The position numbers and the translations under genes are program-made. A model generated the notes under the pieces. It worked only from the letters and a program-made list of their open reading frames with translations, was not told where the DNA came from and did no database searches. DNA of 64,000 bases from the human T2T-CHM13v2.0 reference genome, Homo sapiens: assembly GCF_009914755.1 (NCBI RefSeq), contig NC_060932.1. One strand, given 5' to 3'. The first letter of the stretch is position 1. The number at the start of each line of letters is the position of its first letter. Shown here in pieces: positions 1 through 17,935 of this stretch.

Positions 1-2718
<2,718 letters not shown>

Positions 2719-3000
2719 GAAAGAAAATTTGAAGGTATAAGCGTATTACTGAACACCAAAGATTCTTTAGTTCCTCAGTTCTCAGCTCAATTAGAAGTAA
2801 ACAACACCTTTCAGCATTTCATTACAGTATTCAGCTCTTTTTCTGGCTATTTTACTTTCAGCCTTACCCTAGTACATTAAAAAACAAAGTTTCTGTCTGT
2901 TTTTCATTCCAGATTTCTCTTAATTGCCCCAGTGAAGCTGTAAGCTGTCATCATGGCCATTTCCACTCTCCTTGTAGCTCTTTGACTTCCTTGCATTTAT

Positions 3001-3436
<436 letters not shown>

Positions 3437-4721
3437 TAGAAAGTTAGGCAATCCCACTTCCTCCTAGAATCTGAAACCTGAGCAGAGGGACAAAACATAT
3501 GCTCCTTTGTTATTCCAGCAGCTGGGCTCTGTCAAGTTGGATACGTAGACCACTTGAATTTCCCTTCTATTTCCTAGTCTAATTCTCCTGTCTTCCATCA
3601 CTCAATGAGCTCTCTTGTAATCCCAAAACACAATTATCTCCCCATATACCTCTTACAGAGCTAGCTGCTCATTCTGCAGTACCTTTCTGAAAATGTGTAT
3701 GTTTGAGGAAAAATCAGAAGTAGCATAGGTCTAATCCATGTCCCAGTTTTAAATGTATGGAAGCACGTGACTAAGTCATTCAGTCAAGACATACAGCTGA
3801 CACAGTTTAGGAACAGTCTTCCACTATGTTGGCTGACATGGATTAGGCACAGCTGAACTACAGCCAAGTGAAATCACACTGCATTTAACATTTGCCTTTA
3901 ATGTCAAAATAGTGTCTTCTTTGTGTTCTATCATAACTGTAAAGCTTCCTGATACAGTTTAGGACTCCCTTTTGGTTTTGTTAAGTCTTGTGCCAGTTAA
4001 CAATGGCTGATCAACTGAAGAAATGCAAACGTTGACTGGGTGTTTGATGATATTGAGGAATAATCATTAATGTTTAGAGGCAATAATGATTTTAAGGGCA
4101 TGTCACATGTTTATTAAAGAGTCCTGTCTTCTAGACATGTATGCTGAAATATTTCTTGATTAAATAAATGACTGAAACTTGCCACAAAATAACTCAGAAA
4201 CTGAGGAAAGCTGGGGGAAGGATGAAGGAAATGTGTCAATATGTCCACATATGAATACATAGACGTTCTTTATACCAGAGTTTTCCAAAATTCAAAAATA
4301 TGGTAAAACAATGCCTGATTCTATCTCAATTATACATTACTATTATAGTTACTATTAATAACAAGAATTTTGTGAGCTTTATTTGCAGTTAATTGGGAGA
4401 CAATTAACTGAACCATACCAAGAACTTCAACTCTCCTCATCCCCTCTGCCATACTGGCTGATCACTGACCAGCTTGCAAAGAATAGTAAGTATTCTAAGG
4501 GAAGAAAAATAAAATTCTAAATGAATTTTTCTTTACTCCTCCTAAAGAATCAATTTTTAATGTTTTGCTGACTATGAAACTCCCATTCTGAGTCTGAATC
4601 TCTAAAGTGATTGCATGACATAAGGGTTCGGGGCAAATCTGCTTATGAGAAAGGGAACCAAGGACAGATTTCATATAAGGCATTTTGGTCCTCAATTAAT
4701 TTGTATGAACAGCACCTTTCA

Positions 4722-5030
<309 letters not shown>

Positions 5031-5164
5031 AAGAAACAAGTTTGGCATAATCACTTACATTTCAATAACTTCAGTTTAAAGGAGAATGAGCTAACTTGGT
5101 GCTGTTACTGCTGTTTTGCTTTGATCTTTGCTTTTTGAACCCAGAAGTGTTTTCCTGCTTTTCC

Positions 5165-5233
5165 TGATACATAAAGAAGCAAGATTAGGAAGGCACAAAA
5201 GACGTCTTCCTAATCTTGCTTCTTTATGTATCA
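5165..5233. repeat. Perfect inverted repeat, 28-bp arms, 13-nt spacer
   Basis: TGATACATAAAGAAGCAAGATTAGGAAG (5165-5192) is the exact reverse complement of 5206-5233. Confidence 0.97.
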
Positions 5234-7529
5234 AGACATCAGAGGCCTAGGACATCTATGGCCATGGCCTCTGGGTTGACCAGACCCTCTGAAAGCTGCA
5301 CTCCTTGACAATGGTAACGCTCATAAATTCCACAGGCGTCAGCAGCAGGATCACAGATCACTAAGCAAAAGTTTGCCTCAGGCACGTCTTGCCACTTTTT
5401 GCCCAAATTCAGAACCTTGGTTTGAGTTCCACTACATTCTCCCTTTTAGTTTCTTTAGTCGTAATGTTTTAAGATTAAATGTTCATGGTTTCAATTAATG
5501 AGTTAGGTAAGGGTATTCAAATAACTGCCCACCTTGCATGGACCCAAATCTCCCTCTTGCATTGACGCCCCTCTCGGGGAGATCAGTAAATCTCGGGCTC
5601 AGGGAAGCCACAGCATCAACTAGTGTACTTATCTCTTTAATTTTTGGTTATTTCTTTACTTCTGTCACCGGAGAATTTCCTTTTCTTTCTGAAAATCCAA
5701 CCATGCATTTTAAAGTATCTGGGTCTCCAGCATTTCTAGCTATGACAGGAGGGTTTCTACATTACCTCATCCTCTATCTTGCTAGAACACATGGTCTGAT
5801 TAAGTCACATACCTGTCTCTTCCCCTAGATAAGGAGCTCCCTAAAGAAAAGGACCACTCTCTGATCTTCTCATTCTGCTCATAGCAGCAAGCCAGCACAT
5901 GGGAGTCACTCAAGAGTCAATATTGAATGAAGCAGTGAGTTGATTTTCTTTTTGGTGATACATCGAATGTAAATCATCCTTCCTTTTGTAATCTATTATG
6001 AAAAATATCACAAAAAAGGGAGCTCGAATTGATCAAACCATTCCAAAAATCCACTTTTCCAAGATTGCATCTCCCGTAAATTCCAAATTGTCAACAATGA
6101 ATTCCAAATGATCAACAAAGTCTCTAACTAGGCTAGAGACTATATCTATTTAGGCTATATCTAGCCTATTTGGCCCAAATTTAAAATATGTATGAATTGT
6201 TCAAAAAATAATAAATTATAGTAAACCCCCATTGACAGGCTACTCACTTCAAATAAAAGAATGTCACAAAGCCTCAGAAGGCTGCCATGGCCCTTTTCCG
6301 ACTATGTCTCCTTCCTTCCCCCCCCAGAGGTGTCCACTCCCTTGACATTTATTTTCTTTTATGGTTTTATTACTCTGTGATTGTGTCCCTATATAAAATA
6401 TTACTCAGGTTTGAAAAATGAAATACCATATGAAAAATTGAACTTAGCCATATAAAGAGAAGCCACTATTTCCCACGGTATATAAAGTTCCCCTGAAGAA
6501 TAAAAATTTAGGCTCTCTGGATTATAATCTGGACTGAGCTACCCTGTGATCTTATAAAATCACTTCTGGGGAAGCCAACGGGTGAACTATGCAGAGGGTT
6601 ACAGGAACCTCATCAACAAGAGGTCAAGAAAGCCAAAGGTGAGAAAGACCCTTGGCCAGAGTTTTGCAAGCGGGTGCGTGCCCTCCGGTTAAAAAGAGAA
6701 TGCAATTGCTGCTGAGATCTCAGTAATAACATTTCACCTGGTATCAGTCTCTTGAGTCACATTGCTCTAATCTAGACTGATCACCCTCTTGTAGGGCACA
6801 GCTCTCATCCTGGGGTCTTCTTTCATTGTCATTCTCGGGATGCCCATGACCCTCTTCTGTGATGGACCTACTGTTTCCTGTTTGTGATGTTTTCCTCTTC
6901 TACTCTTACTGTCATTGTTTTGGTGGAGCTCACCCTCCTCCAATAGCTTTTTGAGAAAAAAAGAGCATGACAGTAAGTGTTGAAGCCTTTAAAGACTGAA
7001 AACATATTTGTTTTCCCCTTACACATGATCGTTTCATTAGGAGTGGAATTTGAAGGAGGATATCATTTTCTTCAGAGTCTTGAAGATGTTTTTACCTTGT
7101 CTCCCTTCTTCAAGTATTCTGCCAAGAAATCCAAAATCATCCTGATTCTTTGTAGGTGACATAAATTGTTTTTTCTCTCCAGAAGTTGAGAAAAACCTCT
7201 GCCATGCACTCATTGTTATTAAACGTCATAATTGTTTGTCACTAGGCACTTAGTTATTCCTTCCAATCTAAAAACTCACATCTTTCCATTTGAAACATGT
7301 TCTGGGTTACTTTATTGGTGACTTTGTCTTCTCAACTTTTTTTCTGTGCTTTAAATGCTTAGCATTCAGATGTTAGGCAATGTAGATGGACCCTCAGATT
7401 TTCTTGTGTGTTTCCTGTACTTCTACCTTCTTCTTTCTCCCACTCATTTTTGTTTTATATTTTATGTTATTTTAGATTTTACAGTACCACCTCTGTCACC
7501 TAGTCTTTTTTTATTTTAAAGTATGAAGT

Positions 7530-7873
<344 letters not shown>

Positions 7874-9555
7874 TTAGCTTATGAGCTGTATAAAAATAAG
7901 CCATGGACATGATTTGGCCTGCAAACTGTATTTTTCCAACCCCGATCTAAACAACATCTTTAATATGAAAGATAGAGATCAAAAATATGATACTAGAATC
8001 CCAGAGAAAAATCAAGATTATACAAGAGGAAGACATTTTCTCACATAATATTCTTAGATCATTTTCTTACATAATACCTTAAATAATGTCCTTAGATCAG
8101 TGTTTCTTGGCCTCAGCCCTATTAGCAATTTGGGACAGATACTTTTTTGCTTTGGAGGCAGAAGGAAAATAACTCTCAACCTAGAAGTTTATAACCATCT
8201 GTTTCAAAAATAAGGGCAAAATAAACATGTTATTGAACTAACAAAGACTGAGAAGGTTAAATCCTCACAGATTCTCACTAGAAAAACTGTAAAGGATATG
8301 TTTCAGGAGGAAGAAAATTAAACCTAGAGGAATTAGTGGGATGCAAGGAACAATGGTGTCCAAATGTTGTGACCAATATATGAAAAATGTAAACTAGCAT
8401 TGGCTGAACAAAGTACCAACAATCACAATGACTAATTTGGGAATATAAAAACGTGAAACTAAAATACTAAACAAAACTTACATGACATCATGTAAAAAGT
8501 GAGTGGAGTTAAAAAATGTTCTAAGGTCTTTGTATCATTCAGAAGACAGGTAGCATATTGTTAACACTACCTATGTCTAAGTTGAGTATTGATGCCAGAA
8601 AGTGTGGGGTTTTCTCTCACTTCTGTGAATGTTCTAACAGCTTGGCCCATACTAGGTTTGTACAGGTCATAAGGCTGACATGTAGAGAAAACAGCAGGTG
8701 GCCTAGAAACATACACAGCATGAGGGTGTGTCTTTGTGTCCTCTTTGCTATTGAAAGTGGTAGCTTTAAGGCTGATTGCCATCTCCTGGTTTCTGTTTCT
8801 GTGGTTGTGGTCAGAATTTAAACAATTCAGCAGTGATGGCATTCATTTTTTCAGAGTAGTCAGCACAAGATACAAACAAAATATAAATATTCTTGCAAAT
8901 CATTTTAGGAATAAAGAAGAATACATATTTGGACACACACACACAACAAATTCTGGTTCAACTATTTTGTGAACAATTAACTATAAACATAAATGTAATT
9001 TCATTTCTTATATGTCATTCCCAATTTGAAGGCTGTAATTAGAAGCATTATGTGATGCACTAAAAATCTCCTATTTTTCCCTTCAGATCTACTCTTTATC
9101 TTTGTCCACCATCATCTTTGTCCCAGGGGGCAGCGTGTGTGACTTCATCAACAGCCATGCCCCCTGGTTCAGACCATGACAAATACAGTAGGAAATCACA
9201 GGAGGGAGGAAAGTGAAGCCAGTTTGCTTATTTCTTCAGCTTCCTCTATGCCTACAAGTGTCCCTTTTCCAAAAGCAACCAAATTCATACAATATTCTTC
9301 CTCTGGATTCCAGTAAGTGCTCCCTGCCCTGATTTTTTCACCATAGAAGTCATTATAGTGTGAGAGGTACTAGGTCCCTAACTTTTGCACTATTACTTGT
9401 GGTTCTTCTACAGCAATATCTTTCTAAATAGTCCCTTTGTAAATAAACCCCTTCAAGTTATCTTATTTTGAGTATTCCTTCTATATCCTGTTGGCATCCT
9501 GATAAATAGAGTCACTGACACTGGAAGTAGCACCCCACTTCTGGTACCAAAGTCT

Positions 9556-10003
9556 GTATCTATTTTCTATTGCCACTGTAACAACCTCTAATTTAGTGGC
9601 TTAAAATAACACAAATTTATTCTCTTACAGTTCTAAAGGTCAGAAGTCTAAAATCAAAGTGTCAACAGGGCTTCATTCATTTTGGAGGATTCAAGGGGAG
9701 AATTCATTTTCTTGCCCTTTTGGCTTTTAGAGGCACCTGCATTCTTTGTCTCTCCCTTGCATCATTCCAGCTTCTTGCTTCTGCTCTCCCATCTCCTGCT
9801 ACTTACTCTGCTCCTCCAGCTGCTCTCTCTTAAGGACTTCTGTGATTACCTCAGACCCACCTAGATAATCCAGGATGATCCCCCACCTCAATATCCTTAA
9901 TCACATCTACAAAACAATTTCACAGCAATATCTAGATAAGTGTTTGATTGAATAACTAGGTACCATAGCCTGGCCAAGTTTACACATAAACCTGACCATA
10001 TCA
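9556..10003 (-). mobile_element. MLT1-family (MaLR) LTR, embedded in older ERVL-like remnants (about 9050-10900)
   Basis: MLT1 motifs (AAATTTATTCTCTTACAGTTCT..AGGTCAGAAGTCTAAAATCAA, GATAATCCAGGATGATC). Adjacent CTTCTGGTACCAAAGTC resembles the ERVL/MaLR primer-binding region. Confidence 0.65.
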
Positions 10004-10922
10004 CAGCTCCAGGAAGCAGACTCTCCAATATGGATTCTGGAATTGGGCAGCACATGGTTTGTATATTTGAGAAATGCAAGAATAAGATTCTTACCAGGCA
10101 TAAATGGGACACAGGTCATCTACAACATGCTAGAGCATCAGGATTACTCAAATTGTCACTGCAGGTGGCACTGCATAATGTATAGATGCAGATCAAGTTA
10201 CTGAGCCATCAAGTGTCTGTGACACTGTGGACACAATAGTAAGGATGGCGGCTGTGGAGCTGCACCTCTTCTCCTGATGACCATGGAGAGTACACCAGGA
10301 GAAAAAGAAAATTAAAAAGTAAAAACACGAATTCAAATTTGCACATGAACATGAATCTGAACATACAATTGAGTGCATTCATAGAGAACCAGAAAGCCCT
10401 CCATGGCAATGGAACAGGTATCTCAACTTCTAATCACAGAGTAGGAATAACTGAGATGTAACCAAGCCAGGGTCTCTTGGAAATACTAGCAGAGTTACAA
10501 CACCATGTGAATGCTTGACCCATTCACTTCTCATGCTAAAATAAAGGTTCTGTTCAGAAGACACAGGTCTCTGAGTCATGGGATGGGGACATATGGGCAG
10601 AAATGAATGAAGTTAAATTTGATCATCTAAATTCACTGAAATTCCCTTCTCCACCTCATTCCACCGCCCCTATACTGAGGAAATCAGTCCTTTTCAAAAT
10701 ACAAGTATTTCAATGATACACCTATAAACAATGTTTTACGAATGACAGTTCTTCTCAGGACACACCCCACTACCTCTCATTGCTTCCAGGCCTATTTGAG
10801 TTAGATCCTCAACTATCCCAGATGAGGAGAAATAAGACTTGCTCTAGAAAGAGATAATTTTGCCAAACTTACTGACTGATGCCCAGGGGCATCTGTGGAA
10901 ATAGATTCTTAAGAAGAAAGGC

Positions 10923-11379
<457 letters not shown>

Positions 11380-11562
11380 TCAGCAATGTCCCACAGTCAT
11401 TGAGGTCAAATGTCAGAACATCACTAAAGCATTAAAAAGAAAGAAGTTCAAAACTCCTGGTAAATGGGGTATTTCTTATGATTCCATTAGGGGTGATCTG
11501 CGTACTATTCCTTCTGAGGGCCCTGAAGAAACTCCATCCACCAAGACAATATAAAATGCATT

Positions 11563-11840
11563 GCTGGCGAGGTGCAGTGGTTCACGCCTGTAATCCCAGC
11601 ACTTTGGAAGGCCGAGAAGGGCAGATCACAAGGCCAGGAGCTCAAAACCAGCCTGGGCGTCATGGCAAGACGCCGTCTCTACTAAAAATGCAAAAATTGG
11701 CCGGGCATGGTGGTGTGTGCCTGTAGCCCAGGGGAGGATTGCTTGAGCCCAAGAGGTGGAGGCGGCAGTGAGCTGAGATCGCGCATGCCAGCCTGGGGGA
11801 CAGAGCCAGACCACATCTCAAAAAAACAAAAAAAAACCCA
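11563..11840 (+). mobile_element. Diverged Alu with internal deletions
   Basis: Alu left and right arm motifs; right arm shortened. Confidence 0.85.
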
Positions 11841-12425
11841 CCCCCTACAAAAAAACAAAGACAGAGAGAGAGAAAAGCTGGGAATAACTACCTGGTCTGT
11901 GAATGAGGCTGTGTGTTATATGGGTTTAACCTGAAGGCAGTTGGGGTCAGTCAGGGGGAATCCACTTTGCACCATCTAAAACACCAATCATTGGGGATAA
12001 TCTTGATATCTGAAATCATATAGCTTAGAACTCCCATTCCATTCACATCTCACTGATCTTTACCATTTCTTTCTCTAAACAGCATACTCAGAAGGGTCTT
12101 ATACTCATGTTAGGGAAAATATAACCCAAATCATTGGAGCAAGAGATCCTAGATGTCATGTACCACTGACAACAGTTGCTGGTGCCTGATTCAGTAGGAT
12201 ACCTGTGGCTGGGGGCGCACATCTGGGACGTCACTTCCCAGACGCTGCCAGCACAGCACAGCCTCCCACCAACAGGCCTCAGTGAAGCCCTGCCCTTGTT
12301 CTGTGCAGCTTGGCAAAGTACAGAGGAAAGGAAGAAAGTAGACACCCAGCTCCTTATAGTTCCTTTAAACTGTGCACTTCAATATATCTAATCTACTCCT
12401 GTTCTCACACTGCTTCTTAAATATC

Positions 12426-12714
12426 TTTTTTTTTTTGAGACAGTATCTCACTTTGTCTCCCAGGCTCGAGTGCAGTGGTGTGATCATGGCACACTGCAGC
12501 CTCGAGCTACCAGGTTCAAGCAATCCTCCTACCTCAGCCTCCTGAGTAGCTGGGACTACAGGCCCACACCACATCATCCAGCTAAATGTTTTTATTTTTT
12601 GTAAAGATGGGGTCTCACTATGTTGCCCAGGCTGATAAACTCCTGGGCTCCAGCAGTCCTCCTGCCTTGGCCTCCCAAGTGCTAGGTTTACAGACATGAG
12701 CCACCACGCCCAGC
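12426..12714 (-). mobile_element. AluJ
   Basis: Poly-T followed by reverse-complement Alu with J-type motifs. Confidence 0.88.
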
Positions 12715-13016
12715 TCTTAAATATTTTAACCACAGCCTCTTCAAAACTCCTCTACTCTGTCTTTACTTTCCCAGATACCAATCCTATGTCTCTGTTGTAC
12801 CCTGGACTCACATCTAAGATTTTCTGCATGCTTTTGCCTTTTCTGGTTATGACTTTGGGGTTATTTTTTTTAAATGTAACTCATTCTCTCTGTCCAAGCT
12901 GATTCATGAACTCCACTTCCAGTCCAATCTGCCCTACAGACACCAGCACGTCCATCCCAGGAATGAAAATGTACCCACCGGACTCAGATCCAATTGGAAA
13001 GATTTATACTATTTGA

Positions 13017-13270
13017 GGCAGTGTAATATAGTCCAAAGAATGTCATACTTAGAGTCAAAAAACCTATGATTAAATCTTAACTCTGCTACTTGTTATCTGT
13101 TTAAATTTGAGGAAGTTATTAAAAATCTCTTGGCTTCCATCCCTTTATCTTTAAAATGAGACTGAACACTGATGATTTCTACCTCCTAGTCATATGAAAT
13201 TAACAAACGTAAGAAACTGCGCAGCCTAATGTTTTGCACATGCTACATATTCAAAAATAAATGGTTATTG
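13017..13270 (+). mobile_element. MIR
   Basis: Resembles the MIR core (GGCAGTGTAATATAGT..AGAGTCA..CTCTGCTACTT..AAAATGAG). Confidence 0.6.
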
Positions 13271-14180
13271 TCTAGGTTTTACTCTAATAAGCATCGTTAA
13301 GTCATTTCCATTAGAACACAGGTCAGAAATTCATGTATTGATATTTTCATATTTTAAGTCATTGCACAAATATTTTAAAGCTGCAGAACGAAAATTCTAA
13401 TTTTGGAAGCTGCTGTTTTAATAATAGTAACATAACTCCAAATGATGATTAAGTGAGATTCTAATTCTTTACAGCAAACCAAGTACATTCCACTGAAGGC
13501 CCTTTGGCACACTGGTGATAAATCAGCAATGCAGTGGAATTAGTAAAATAAACAGAAGGCACCTTCTTCTTTCTTGTCCCTATTATATCTTCTTTTCTTG
13601 GTATTTAACTCAAGCAAATGGATTGAAGAGATGTTCAGTATTTCACGGAAGCAGGAACATTTGACAGACTGCTGGAAATGTTTGCCCTCTAGGGGACAAA
13701 GTGGCAAGTGGACTGCAGTTTTATTTCCTAGGAAAAGCCCACTCTTTGCTGTCAACACCTGATCCAGTCTGAGTCAGTCAGACTCTCCTTACCGAGAACT
13801 TCCACTTTGGAATGGGTGTAGAAGTGAGCATATTGAGACCTGGATCTTACCAACGGCAATGTGTTTGGAGGAAGTTCTGCAAATTCTCACTGCTAAGGTT
13901 CCAGGAGCTTTCCAATTATTATCCCTCCAGAGGCCAAGTTTGAACCCAAAGATTGCCCCACTAACTCAGAGATTATCTCTATTTGCTTAATCTAAATCAG
14001 ATTGCTTCTGTTTCTTGGAACCAAAGTAATTTTGAACATGTATACAAATATATTTTATAAAATAAAAAAGCTAAACATTTCTTTATGTATTTATTTCTAT
14101 ATTTCAGAGAGACTAAACAGGATATTTTTATTAAACTTTTTACAATTTTTTTTATTTTTAAAAAGTCAGATTCTTTTTAA

Positions 14181-14510
<330 letters not shown>

Positions 14511-16539
14511 TAACTTGTATTTTAGATTCAGGGGTAGATGTGCAGGTTTCTTACTTCGTTTCTTGTTATGTATGTAAACTTGTGTCCCAGGAGTTTGGTG
14601 TACAGATTACTTTGTCACCCAGGTAATAAGCATAGTACCCCACAGGTAGTTTTTTATCCTCACCTTCCTCCCACGCTTCACCCTCAGGTAGGCCTTGGTG
14701 TCGGTTGCTCCCTTCTTTGTGTCCATGGGTACTCGATATTTACCTCCCACTTATAAGCAAGAACATGCGGTATTTGGTTTTCTGTTCCTGTATTAGTTTG
14801 CTTAAGATAATGGTCTCCGGCTCCATCCATGTTGCTGAAACTAACATGATCTCATTCTTTTTATGACTGCATAGTATTCCATGGTGTTTATGTATCACAT
14901 TTTTTTTATCCAGTCTACCATTGATAGGCATTTAGATTGATTCCATGTCTTTGCTATTGTGAATAGTGCTGCAAAGAACATATGCGTGCATGTGTCTTTA
15001 TGGTAGAATGATTTATATTCCTTTGCTTATATACCCAAAAATGGCATTGCTGGGTCAAATGGTAATTCTGTTTTAACTTCTTTGAGAAATTGCCACACTG
15101 CTTTCCACAATGACTGAGCTAGTTTACATTCCCACCCTCAAGGTGTAAATGTTCCCTTTTCTCTGCAACCTCACCAGCATCTGTTATTTTTTAACTTTTT
15201 AATAGTAGCCATTCTGACTGGTGGAGATGATACCTCATTGTGGTTTTGATTTGCATTTCCCTGATGATTAGTGATGTTTAGCATTTTTTCATATACTTGT
15301 TATCCATATTTGTATGTCTCCTTTTGAGGAATTTCTATTCAGAAACTTTGCCCGTCTCTTAATCAAATTGGTTTTTTTTTTCTGTTGACATGTTTGGAGA
15401 CCTTGTATATCCTGAATATTAATCTGCTGTCAAATGAATAGCAAATATTTTCTCCCATTCTATAGGTTGTCTTTTCACTTTTCACAAATGCTTTTTAGTT
15501 TGATGTAATCCCTTTTGTTGGATACTAAAAAAGTCTGCTAAAAAAAAAGGAAAAAAATGAAAGATATGATCCCATTTGGGTTTGTTTTTTTTTTGCTATG
15601 TGATGTGCTTTTGAGATATTATTCATAAAATCTTTACCCAGACCAATGTCCTGAAGCATTTTTCCTATGTTTTCATCTAGTAGTTTTATAGCTTTAGGAC
15701 TTGCACTTAGTTCTTTAATCCATTTTGAATTGATTCTGGTATAAGATGAGAGGCGGGGTCATTTCATTCTTCTGGGTGTGGAGTTTCAGTTTTCCCAGAA
15801 CTGTCCTTTCCCCAGTGAGTGTTCTTGGCACCTTTGTCACAAATCAGTTGATTATAGATATGTGGATTAATTTCTGGGTTCTCTATTCGATTACATTGGT
15901 CTATTTGTCTGTTTTTATGCCAGTACTATGATGCCGATACCATGACATTTTGGTTACTATAGTTTTGTAGTATATTTTGAAGTCCTTTTTGCTCAGGATC
16001 CTTTTTGCTCAGGATTGTTTTGACTATTCAGGGTCATTTGTGGTTTCATACAAACGTTAAGATTTTTTCTTGCTTCTGTGGAGAATGCCATTGGTATTTT
16101 AATAGGGATTGCATTGAATTTGTAAGTTGCTTTGGGTAGTTGCTCATTTTAACAACATCAATTCTCTTTTATTTTTTATTTTATTTTATTTTAGATCCAA
16201 GGGGTACATGTGCTTGTTTCTTACATGGGTAAGTTGCATACTGATGGAGATTAGGATTCTAGTGTACCCACTACCTAAATAGTGAACATTGTACCCGACT
16301 GGTAATTTTTTTAACCCTTTCACAATCCTCCTTTTTTTTGGAGTCCCTAGTGTCTACTCTTTCCATCTTTATGACCATTTGTGCCCATTGCTTAGCTCTC
16401 ACTTACAAGTGAGAATGTGTGGTATTTGGTTTTTATGTTTCTGAGTTAGTTGACTTAGGATAATGGCCTCTAGCTCCATCCATGTTGCTGCAACAGACAT
16501 GATTTCATTCTTTTTTGGGGGTGCATAGTATTTCATTTT

Positions 16540-16728
16540 ATATATACATATATTAACATATATTATTATATAACATATATTATACATATATTAATATATT
16601 ACATATATTATACAATCTATAATATATGTATAATATATAATATGTATATAATATAATATATACATATAATATGTATAATATAACATAATATATATAATAT
16701 ATAATATATGTTTAATATATATATATAT
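16540..16728. repeat. AT-rich low-complexity (TA)n-derived tract within L1
   Basis: About 190 bp composed almost entirely of TA/TAA/TACA units. Confidence 0.9.
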
Positions 16729-17034
16729 CTTTTATCCAACCATTGATAAATACATAGGTTGGTTCTATGACTTTGCTATGGTAAATAGTGCTGTGATACA
16801 GATACTGTATGGGCATATTTTTAATATAATGATTTCTTTTCCTTTGGGTAGATACCCAGTAGTGGGATTGCTGGGTCAAGTTGTAGTTCTATTTTTAGTT
16901 ATTTGAGAAATCTCCATACTACTGTCCATAGAGGTTGAACTAATTTATGTTCCTACCAGCAATGTATAGAATTTTATTTTCTCCACACCCATGCCAACAT
17001 GTGTTCTTTTTTGACTTTTTAATAATATCCATTC

Positions 17035-17459
17035 TGTATTAGGCCATTCTTGCATCGCTATAAAGAAATACCAGAGATTGGGTAATTTATAAAGAAAAGA
17101 GGTTTAATTGGATCCCAGTTCTGCAGGCTTTAGAGGAAGCATGGTGTTGGCATCTGTTCAGCTACTGAGGAAGCCTCAGGAACCTTATAATTATAGCAGA
17201 AGGCAAAAGGGAAGCAGACGTATCATATGGCCAGAGCAGGAGCAAGAGAGAGGGACAGAGGTGCCACACATTTTTAAACAACCAGGTCCCACGAGAACTC
17301 ACTCACTATTACAAGGGCAGCACCAAGACTATCATGCTAAACCATCCATGAGAAATCCACCCCTGTGATCCCGTCATTTCCCACCAGGCCCCATCTCCAA
17401 TTCTGGGGATTACAATTCAACATGAGATTTGGGCAGGAACAAATATACAAACTATGTAA
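17035..17459 (-). mobile_element. MST-family MaLR solo LTR (MSTA-like)
   Basis: TGTATTAGGCCATTCTTGCATCGCTATAAAGAAATACC...GGGGATTACAATTCAACATGAGATTTGG; 5-bp TSD CATTC at 17030-17034 and 17460-17464. Confidence 0.88.
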
Positions 17460-17935
17460 CATTCTGACATATGACAATATCCCTTTGTGGTATTAATTTG
17501 CATTTCCTTTTTTAAATTTCATCTTTTATTTTAGATCTAGCGGGTAAATATGCAGGTTTGTTACATGCATATATTGTACCCAGGTAGTTGGTCTAGTACC
17601 CAATGGGTGTTTTTTTAGCCCACACCCACTTTTTTCTTCCCCCATCTAATAATCTTCAGTGTCTATTGTTCCCATGTTTGTCCATGTGTGTCCAGTGTTT
17701 AGCTCCTGCTTACACATGAGAACATGTGGCATTTGGTTTTCTCTTCTTGTGTTAGCTTGCTTAGGATTATGGCCTCCAGCTTCATCCATGGTGCTGCAAA
17801 GGACATTATTTCATTCTTTTATATGGCTGCATAGTATTTCATGGTTGTGTATGTACCACATTTTCTTTATCCAACCTACCATTGATAGGTACCCAGATTG
17901 ATTCCATGTCTTTGCTATTGTAAATAGCATGGCAA

